29,249 nucleotides of DNA, from positions 1 to 29,249 of the forward strand of contig JANKJI020000005.1 of NCBI GenBank assembly GCA_024626585.2, read 5' to 3'. Below the pieces are notes generated by a model, which had not been told where the DNA came from, searched no databases, and saw nothing but the letters and a program-made list of their open reading frames with translations. Origin of the DNA: Ginkgo biloba. Lineage: Eukaryota > Plantae > Ginkgophyta. The translations under genes were made by a program, and so were the position numbers. Shown here one piece after another: positions 1 to 9,529 of this stretch; position 1 is the stretch's first letter, and every line of letters starts with the position of its first letter.

Positions 1-2907
1 TTAAATTACTTCAATAATATATTATTGATATTTATGTTAAGGTTACAATTGAAAGGTTGGACTACATATGTGATAATTAAAATCCATTATGAGTATAACT
101 ATATTATGGTTTGGTTGATGATTCATATGATAATAACATAATAACTACTTTTGGTATTAAAAATAAATTATTTTATCTTCTTCTTTTATTACAAGATTAC
201 ATCATAAGCATTAATCTTTTTAGAATTATATCGTTATAGTGTTTGGAAAGACTAATTTATTTATTACATTTAATTGTAATATAAAATATCCTAAAGTGAT
301 TAGGGAGTTACTATCTTTGTATAAATATCAAGGTCACCCCAACTTGACAACCCATGTTTTTAAATCAAAGCATACGGAATTCATGGAAGACTTGATATAT
401 AACCACATGATTAATCATATTGTTTCTCATATTTATGTCATTGAATTCGAANNNNNNNNNNNNNNNNNNNNNNNNNNTATTTGTTTGAAAGATTTATACA
501 ATCTTAATAATTCGTATGATTATGATTACATTATCTTTACTGATTTACCTAATCCATCTCTCCATCTAAAAGATTATGATACTATCTTAGGAACCATGAT
601 ACATGGTCTATGTGGTACATTAGGACCAAATTCAATATGCATTAAGGATGGTAAATGTTCTAAAGAATATCCATATGATTTTGAATATCATNNNNNNNNN
701 NNNNNNNNNNNNNNNNNNNNNNNNNNNNNNNNNNNNNTATTGATAACAAAATAACTAAAGTGAAACCATCATAAGAAATAGAGTTATAATAGTTGGGTAG
801 CACCATATAGTATTTATCTATGAATAAAATATAATTCACATATTAATCTCGAGATTTTTATTATCATTAAGTATATTAAGTATTTATATAAGTAAATATA
901 CAAAGGTTACGATCAAGCAACTATTATTATACAAGTCATAGAATTTGAAGAGGATAAAATTTGGTTGGATGCATGTTATATATTTTCATCTAAGTGTTAT
1001 TATATACTTTTTTATATTAATTTACATGATGAGTATACAAATTTCGTATTCTTAGTAATTCATAAACCACAAATCCAAATGGTTTTTTAATGAAAATGAA
1101 GAAGTTTAAAATGTGCTAAGAAAAAATAATGAAACCAATATCACATCTTGGTTTAGTATTAATGATAGTGATCAATATTCCCGATAATATATTTATCATA
1201 AAATTATAAAGTTTTATAGTTATAACAATATATCTANNNNNNNNNNNNNNNNNNNNNNNNNNNNNNNNNNNNNNNNNNNNNNNNNNNNNNNNNNNNNNNN
1301 NNNNNNNNNNNNNNNNNNNNNNNNNNNNNNNNNNNNNNNNNNNNNNNNNNNNNNNNNNNNNNNNNNNNNNNNNNNNNNNNNNNNNNNNNNNACATATCCT
1401 ATAGTTTATAAATCGACCAATTCCCTTAGTCTCATGGATGATCATGATTGGGATTTTTTATTAATAGAGACATCACATTTAGATGTTTTTAGTAAAAAAT
1501 TATGACAACTCTTTATGTTAATATGATTATATTAATATCCATTAAATCCTATATATTTGTGGGAAAAACCATTTGGTCAACATTATATTTTATTTCATAG
1601 GTCAATTATCACCAAATATTACTTTATAATATAAAAAAAACATGTACCTTTGATAATCAGAGTGATATATTTATCATTGTGGTAAGGGACTTATTGATTT
1701 TATCAATATGCCTCTATAGTTGATTTACCACATAAAAATTCTAAAAAAATTAATCCTTTGTTGAAATATGAGATTGATTATAATATTAAACAATGAAAAG
1801 AACAAGTTGATATAGATTTATAATTGATCGATCATAATCAAGAATACATATTTAAATTTACCATGGAATCCATAGAGCAACAAAAAAACCTAAAAAATGG
1901 TATTTTATTCTTTGTGGATGGTATAGGAGGTACTAATAATACATTTCTATATAACACTATCTTAGGGAATGTTAAATCATAAAAAAATATTACTATATCA
2001 AAGGAATATTTTGAAATTATTTCTCTAATATTAATTGGTGGATGAATTTCCCACTCAACTATTAATATTCTAGTTAAAATGATATGATAATCTTTTGCTA
2101 ATTCTTTATACAATCATATGAGGTTCAATTAGGTAAGGATGCATCATTATTAGTTTGGGATGAGGAACCAATTGTACATAAATATGTTTATGAAGCCATT
2201 GATTATTCATTGTGATATCTTATGAGAATAATAGATTTGGAGCTATAACATATTCCATTTGGTAGGAAAGTTGTTATTTTTGGTGGATATTGTTTATAAG
2301 TATTACATGTTATGCATCATGGAAGTTGTGAAAATATAGTTATTTCTTGTATAAAAATAAGTTTGGCATCATGTCAAAGTTATACTATAAATATGAGGGT
2401 GTAATGCAAAACAATAGATGCCAATGAAATTTCATGTCAATGAGATTTTTGAAATTACCTATTAAGAATTGGTGAGGATCGTGAGAAATCTATGAAGAAT
2501 AATATTAGTGGAAATGATCAATTTGTATGTGTTAAACCAGAATGGGTGGTTGGCGAAAGTGATGTTAATGAATTGACTAATGGTACATATCCACAGTTTA
2601 GTCTACACTACAATGATGGATTGTATAGGATAAGATGAGTAATATTGTAACCTCATAATAAGGTCTTTTATAGTATCAATAATCAAATAACATATCAAAT
2701 TATTAGAGAGGATAATGTATATCGATCCTTAGATTTGATAAATGATCCTAACCAAACTCTATAATATCTAGTTGAGTACTTAAATAACCTAGATCCATCT
2801 AGACTTCCACCACATCAAATCATCCTTAAAGTCCATCAACCAATCATATTAATACATAGTTTAGATATTTATAATGGACTATGTAATGGGACAAGGTTGG
2901 TAATTGG
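1..2907 (+). mobile_element. Degenerate autonomous Helitron, Rep (HUH)-Pif1 helicase coding region (pseudogenised; continues off the left edge and into the gap at 2908)
   Basis: Hand translation gives Helitron motifs in the correct order: YVKVTIERLDYI, FGKTNLFITFNCN (cf. GKPDLFITFTCN), HIYVIEFE (cf. YVIEFQKRG), MIHGLCG...CIKDGKCSKEYP, Walker A remnant FFVDGIGGTNNTFLY (~1908), LLVWDEEP (~2147), PFGRKVVIFGG (~2254), and YLVEYLNNLDPSRLPPHQIILKVHQPIILIHSLDIYNGLCNGTRLVI (~2767-2905). Many stops and frameshifts. Confidence 0.95.
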
Positions 2908-3007
2908 NNNNNNNNNNNNNNNNNNNNNNNNNNNNNNNNNNNNNNNNNNNNNNNNNNNNNNNNNNNNNNNNNNNNNNNNNNNNNNNNNNNNNNNNNNNNN
3001 NNNNNNN

Positions 3008-4320
3008 ATTACGCCAATATCAATTTTATAAATTTCCATGTCCCTTAGAATTAGATGACTAATATGATTGGGAAAAGTAGATAAATATCTTATTCTATTC
3101 TGCAAATCATGATGTAAGCATGCATCATAAGAGTGCTTAACATATAGTACAAAATACTTTTCAAAATTTCCTAAATGATCCATTTTCATATGTGAAAGTT
3201 CTTGCATTGTTGCTTTCACTGTATTTTCTTGTAACGAGCATAACTTTGTAATCATAGAATTTTCAAGGGTTGGCAACCCTACAACTATAATTGCTTCTTT
3301 AGCCTCGAATTTACCATTTTCCCACCATTTGGTAACATTTCCAACCATATTCTTTTCAGCAAAGCAAATATGGAATGATTTGATAATCTCGAACCCAATT
3401 GTATCTTTTGCAAAGATCCAATCCATACTTTAATTGATTCCTATGGATTTTTAGATCCATCTAAATCTATTACATAACCTTGAGTTGATTGAGCATATAG
3501 ATTTGGATGTATCTTATGAGGAATAGAGTTGATCTCTATTTTCTTTGTTTGGGCTTCTAGAAATGATCTAATTGGATTTTCTTTCTCAATCATTTTTCTT
3601 CGAGCTTCTTCCACAAATCTTCTTGTACCACTTGGAAGAGGGACTCTTTCTCTAATTGGAGTTAGGGTTACTCCTCTACACACTGGATGGAAGTCTATAT
3701 CAGAATCATCATCATCACTTTTTGAATCATTCAATGTATCCCAATAAGATCCAAAAGTAATCTAAAATATTTTACTTTGATAAAGATGTGAAGAATGTCA
3801 AACTGGATTTTTCACATACTCAACAGGTTCAAGAAATGATTGTTGATGTTTTGTAGATGACTCAATAATTGGCAAGAGTTTTTTAGGGGGATTTGAAGAA
3901 GAACTCACAACTTTTTTTTCTTTTATATTTTTTCTTTCACGATAAGTTATCCTAGTTAACTGGGTTAATCGATCTGTATGGACTGATACAAACCTTTGTA
4001 ACTGGGGTTTGTACAAAGACTGATAATGAAATATCCGCACATTAGGATCACTTATAAACTGAAAAGAAACAAACTCCACTTCTGCATTAGTAACACCTAT
4101 ATCTATACTATCCTTATTCATAGGAACAACTAAACTAGGATGAGTTGTGTTGGTCAATAAATATTTAGCAGAAATCAAAAGTGAAACAAAATCACTATCT
4201 GGAATCATGTTCAATCCCTGTATTCCTACAAGATCTTTCCATGTATTCGCAAGATGTGTATTTCTAAGTGAAATAGTTTAATCTGGATAAAAGGTACCAT
4301 ATTGACATCCATACTTTAAA
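3008..4320 (-). mobile_element. Endogenous caulimovirid fragment A: C-terminal part of the 30K movement protein, linker, and capsid protein
   Basis: From 4319 downward it reads LKYGCQYGTFYPD*TISLRNTHLANTWKDLVGIQGLNMIPDSDFVSLLISAKYLLTNTTHP, matching the caulimovirid 30K MP core end (L.YG....T.YP...ISL....L..........M..G.......Y.LTN.H). The same frame continues through ORFs 3798-4214 and 3441-3734 to GYVIDLDG. After a frameshift comes capsid-like ORF 3426->3008, which is homologous to the capsid at 4422+. Confidence 0.88.
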
Positions 4321-4421
4321 NNNNNNNNNNNNNNNNNNNNNNNNNNNNNNNNNNNNNNNNNNNNNNNNNNNNNNNNNNNNNNNNNNNNNNNNNNNNNNNN
4401 NNNNNNNNNNNNNNNNNNNNA

Positions 4422-5054
4422 TGGTGGATGAATGGTGCAACAGATGCACTTATAGTTGCAGGGTTACAAGCTCTTGAAAATGCTATGATTACTGAATTTT
4501 GTCCACTATAGACAAATGTGATAAAAATAGCTATGCAAGATTTAGCTCACATGAAAATGAGATATTTAGAAGAATTCGATTCTTTTTCTGATGCATATAT
4601 CAATAAATCATATGATGCACTCTTACATCATGATCTCTAGAATAGAATTCGATATCTTACTACATTTCCTAATCATATTGGTGATCTTATTTTGAAGGAA
4701 ATGGAATCTTAGTAAAAAGACATTGGTTCAATGTATCTTGCAGATATTAAAGTATTTTGCAAAGAGTTTTTGAAATAGCTTTGCTGGCAACAAGAAGCTA
4801 TTGCTTCTTCTTCGAAGGTTAACACGTCTGTGTGTAAGCAGTTGTTACCATGGAGTGATTTACCAAAGAGACGTCGGAAGAAAAGGTTTGGTAAATATCG
4901 GCTTATGAAGGTAGTCAATCCTAAGAAACCTTTTCCTGCAAAAAATTATGTGAAAAAGAGAAATTTCAGGAAACCTCCTATTCCTAATAATTGTTGTTAT
5001 ATTTGTAGACAAGAAGGTCATTATACCAGATCTTGTCCAGGAAAATCATCCTAG
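4422..5054 (+). pseudogene. Caulimovirid capsid domain with basic region and Zn knuckle
   Basis: WWMNGATDALIVAGLQALENAMITEFC...SYDALLHHDL*NRIRYLTTFPNHIG..., then a K/R-rich stretch and CCYICRQEGHYTRSC at 4992-5036. Several in-frame TAG stops. Confidence 0.85.
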
Positions 5055-5549
5055 AGTACAAAATCATTTTTTACGAAGGCAGATGTGTGCAAGGATTGGG
5101 AACCTTATTATGAAAGTGATTCATCTAATTCTTCAGTTTATGCTATCCATGAATTAAGTTATTCTGACACTAACATGGCTCAACTTAAGATGATGAGATG
5201 TCCAGGTTCAGATTGTTATCTATCAGAAAGTGAAGATGGATCGGCATCAATATATGGTGATGATTCAGATGAAGAATCTATATGCATAGAAGAAGATTGG
5301 TCAGAGGATGACAATAAAGATGAAGTACCTCAAGATCCTCATGAAGAACCATAGGTACATATGCCAAAGCATACAACTGCACATAGTGTAAATAATGGTT
5401 TGGATTGTCATACTAGTTCCGGTATAATTGTAAATTCTTTAAATCCTTTTCCAAAGCAGTAAGGAAGTAGTCAGCTAACTCCTTCTCTTGTAGCTGTTGT
5501 AAATCCTTTACAGACTAACCAAATCCATGAGTCTATTGAGATATAGCAC

Positions 5550-5950
5550 ATGATAAAAAATCTTGTCAGAAGAAAAACATTTGTTTATATTCCAGTTGAA
5601 CTCCTGATCAAAGGTCAATGGAAAAAGATAGATGCGTTCATAGATAATGGTGCTATTCTTAATATTTGCAGACCCTCTTTGTTCAAAGATGAATGGAAAA
5701 CTATAACTCAACCTATAGAGTCTACAACCTTTAGTGGTAACCTATACATAAATTAGGTTTTAGACAATATCTAGTTAAAGATAGGAAATACTATCCTCAC
5801 TATAAATGTCTTTGCTGCTCATGATCCTTCAAGTTTGTTGATGCTAGCAATGCCATTCCTAGATAGTATTAGTCCTATAACTATCAGTTTAGATTCATTC
5901 CATTGCTATCCTAATGGTCCTAAGAGTACTGATCTAACCCTTCCTAGAAT
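5550..5950 (+). pseudogene. Caulimovirid aspartic protease domain
   Basis: DAFIDNGA at 5631-5654 (a mutated D-T/S-G active site) and a downstream LMLAMPFL resembling the (I/L)LG.xF motif. It lies between the Zn knuckle and the RT. Confidence 0.8.
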
Positions 5951-6199
5951 GGATAAGTATAGTGTACAAAAAAGAAAGATTAACAGTAGTCAGTTCTAGT
6001 CTCTAGAAGATTTTGGAGATATCTTAGCTTTCTACCAGGAAAGAGAAGATCATAAAGAAAAGAAGAACATGACTAAAATGGTGAATACAAAAAGTCTGCC
6101 AGTAGAATGTGTAGAGATTTATAAAGCTCTATTTAAGTTTTGTTTTGAAGATCCTCAAAATTTTTGGGATATGGACTCACATGAAATGGAAATCATCAC

Positions 6200-7470
6200 A
6201 GCGCATGATGATGGAGTTTCTTCTCCTAGTCCATACTTATCACCCTCAGATCAAAAGGAAATAGCTTATCAAATAAAAGAGTTATTGGATTTAGAATTGA
6301 TTTCAGCCAATACATCTCAGTATGCATGCCCAGCATTCATAGTCAGAAAACACTCTGAGATAAAGAGAGGAAAAGCAAGAATGGTCATAAACTATAAACC
6401 ATTAAATGCAATTACGCTTGCTTTCAAGTATCCATTACCTAGAAAAGAAGCATTGTTCCAAAGGGTAATTGGATCTAACTGGTATTCTAAGTTTGATATG
6501 AAAAGTGGCTATTTTCAAATGCAGATCAAGAAGCAAATAGACATAAGACAACCTTCACTACTCCTCAAGGTCAATTCCAATGGAAGGTTGTACCATTTGG
6601 TCTCAATAATTCTCCAACTTATTACCAAAGACATATGGATTGTATATTCCAGAGCTACACCTCATTCATTTGTGTGTATATAGATGATGATCTTATTTTC
6701 AACAATTCATTTGAAGATCATGTTGCTCACCTTTCCAAGTTTGTACAGTTGGTGGAAAAACATGGTCTTGTGCTTTCTAAGAAGAATATGGAGTTGGCCT
6801 AGCAAAAGATCAAATTCTTGGGTATCATATTCGATCAAGGAAAAATAGTTATGCAACCACATGTTGGAGAAAAGCTTTTAGAATTCCCAATGGTACTTCA
6901 TGATAAAAAATAGATCCAAATATTTTTGGGATGTGTTAATTATTTGCATACATTTATTCCTAATTGTGCATCTTTAACAACTCCAATAAGAAAGTGTCTG
7001 AACATCACTTGGTCAGTAAAAGCCAATCAAGTAGTTCAGATGATAAAGAAGTTCTAGAAAAGGATTTCCCCATTGAAGCCTCCAGGCCAAGGTAAATTGG
7101 TCTTACAAATTGATACATCTAATTTATTTTGGGGTGTTGTCCTGCAAGAAGAACTAGAAGATGGTATCCTACAAGTTTGTGGTTATCAATGAGGAGAATT
7201 TACTCCTGTAGAAAAGAATTATGATATTAGTGAAAAAGAGCTCCTTGTTGTTAAAAGAGGTATCGAAAGATTTGATCTCTACTTAGCCTCTACTATTTTT
7301 ATGGTGGTGGCAGACAATGGCAATTTAGAAAGCCTTCTACAACTCACTATTGACAGAAAAGTTGCAAGAGGAGGATTACTAAATTGGCATCTTTGGTTTG
7401 TACAATATGATTTCCAGGTAAAACGAATTACTGGATTTAAAAATACCACAACATATGCATTAACAGAGGA
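6200..7470 (+). pseudogene. Caulimovirid reverse transcriptase-RNase H
   Basis: YIDD at 6677-6688, IKFLG and FLGCVNY. RNase H reads LVLQIDTSNLFWGVVL...GEFTPVEKNYDISEKELLVVKRGIERFDLYL...FMVVADN...LLNWHLWFVQYDFQVKRITG. Confidence 0.95.
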
Positions 7471-8688
7471 CATGGTAAAAATGTTAACATTATCCAACTA
7501 TGATACTAATTGGTTTGATCTTCCTATCAATTTCAGACAAATATTTGTATCACCTAGTAGAATGGAAATTTGGTTTCAACAAATAGAAAATTATGCTCAC
7601 AATCAAGACAAGCAGGAAGCATCCAAACAGTTAGAACAAAATTGGATTCAATGTAGTCCTGATATACAAAGAGAACCAGGACATGTGTTTTATTCCTCTC
7701 GTCATGATAAATTCTTACTTCTTATCAACATATGTTCAAAATGGACTTTCAAGGAGTATATGTTTATGAAGACATTTCTTTGGAATAATATCATCTTGAG
7801 AATAGAACTTTGTTATATAGGTAGAAGATCCCTCCTACCTATACCCATTCCATCTCCATTGTTAGCAATATGGTTTTATGGATTAGTGAAAAAAAAATGT
7901 TCTTACTATATTCATAATATTGAATTTTATGGGATAGAAATATTAGTTCTCTAAAAAGAGAATCGAATCCAAATCCAAATGACATGCTTTCAATCAAATA
8001 AATTCCGGTTAATCCCTAATTGGCTATCGTTCATAAATTGGTATCAATTTATGGAAGACTTAATTTGAACTGGTTCTGAGCATAAACAAATTGAATTGAT
8101 ACTACAAAATATTTAACACAAAGAAGGATAAACCAGAGAGATGAAGAATATAACAATATTTTTCTCAACACAAGAGAGAACGTTTTATTATTTATAAAAT
8201 CCACATACATAATGAGAATATTTTTGATATGCTAAGATCACACTAGGTGCAAAGCATAGAGCATACATAACTTCAAAGACAGAGAAAACTAAGACATACA
8301 GAAAACTAAGACTTATAGAACTTACCCAACTATTAGAGACTCCAAATAACTGATGATCTCAAATGAGATAAAAGTAGTTATTTAAGAATGAGATGAGAGA
8401 ATGGAGGACTGAGATCTAGATCTAGAATGAACGTTGTAGATTAGATTTACAAAGGCGGTCCAATGACAATGTACCACTTACCCAAGTGGGTTATAGGGCC
8501 TACTATGTTTCCTAATTTACATCTTATAATAGCTACGTTTTACCCTCATGGGTAATGATAAAGAGCCAAAATACTTTATGTCTAATCAATCTTCTTATCA
8601 CAAGGCGATAAGATACCTGTTTACTCAACATCCTTGAGTATAAGGAATAATGTTAATGTTAATCAACATCCCTGATTAACTAGGATTA

Positions 8689-8928
8689 CTAATCCATACC
8701 ATAGTTATTTATACCATCATCACCATAATCATTGATGGGGATAAACAATGACTTCTTCCTTTGAAGTTTTCTACATTCTTCTTTATAATGACCCTTGGTC
8801 TTACAATATACACATAATTTTGAAGAATGAGATGGAGAAGCAGGAGAAGGAGAAGATTTAGGAGAATAAGAAGTAGAAGAGAAAGAAGATCTGTGATGTT
8901 GATGTGATATGGATGGATTTGATGTCAT
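8689..8928 (-). pseudogene. C-terminal end of an ORF with a Ser/Pro-rich linker and a CCHC Zn knuckle (retroelement/pararetrovirus origin)
   Basis: SPKSSPSPASPSHSSKLCVYCKTKGHYKEECRKLQRKK; CX2CX4HX4C at 8773-8814; stop at 8689; the 5' part is lost in the gap. Confidence 0.7.
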
Positions 8929-9049
8929 NNNNNNNNNNNNNNNNNNNNNNNNNNNNNNNNNNNNNNNNNNNNNNNNNNNNNNNNNNNNNNNNNNNNNNNN
9001 NNNNNNNNNNNNNNNNNNNNNNNNNNNNTGATATGGGTTGTGAGGGTCT

Positions 9050-9279
9050 CGTGATGGCGCCACATGGTGCCATCGCGGGGTGTGTACCCACTGCGATCCT
9101 TTTATATTACGGTGGGGGAGGGCCTCTCCCCTTACGTGGGGTGGGGACCTGAGATCCTACCACATGGTAGGATCTCATGAAACCACTCCCTGCATAGGGG
9201 GAGGGGCCTCCCCCCAACCTTTATTTATTTTGAGGTCAGGCCACCGAGTCCTGCGATGTCACCACGTGGTGACATCGCA
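9050..9279. repeat. Three 28-bp palindromes (9050-9077, 9150-9177, 9252-9279) at ~100-bp spacing, consensus YGNGAT-NNN-RCCACRTGGT-N'N'N'-ATCNCR
   Basis: cgtgatggcgccacatggtgccatcgcg; tgagatcctaccacatggtaggatctca; tgcgatgtcaccacgtggtgacatcgca, all read directly from the sequence. Confidence 0.95.
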
Positions 9280-9529
9280 AGGGATGAATCCCCAGGGCAT
9301 TTGTACATTTTCATATATTTGAGGCTACGTCACGAGGAATTTAAACACTTAGGAAATTTGCATGGTGCTAGGAATGAACCCCGCACCGCCCCCCTTATGA
9401 CACATTTTTTATTTAGATAGGAAGGAAGAAAGGGGGACGAGAAAAGAAACCTGCAATGCACCCCATGCGTGGCAACCTTCATGACACCCCTATAACTTTC
9501 TTGATTTATTGTGGACCACCTGTTGCATC

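Larger units (their letters stand above)
4422..8100 (+). mobile_element. Endogenous caulimovirid fragment B: capsid-Zn knuckle-aspartic protease-RT-RNase H polyprotein remnant with C-terminal extension; no integrase
   Basis: ORF pieces starting at 4422, 4830, 5085, 5550 and 6069 share one frame. One frameshift near 6530 leads into a frame running through 7954 and beyond. RT motifs are caulimovirid-type (ACPAFIVRKHSEIKRGKARMVINYKPLN; YSKFDMKSGYFQ; WKVVPFGLNNSP; YIDD). No integrase motifs follow RNase H. Confidence 0.93.

Noticed and set aside
4422-7954. Ty3/gypsy gag-pol interpretation
   Set aside because: The RT has the caulimovirid HSE..RGK.RMVINYK.LN and SKFD.KSG motifs, no integrase follows, and a homologous fragment carries a movement protein.
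9050-9279. CRISPR array (28-bp palindromic repeats, regular spacing)
   Set aside because: The context is eukaryotic with no cas genes, the repeats differ internally, and the 72-74-bp spacers are partly inverted copies of each other rather than unique sequences.
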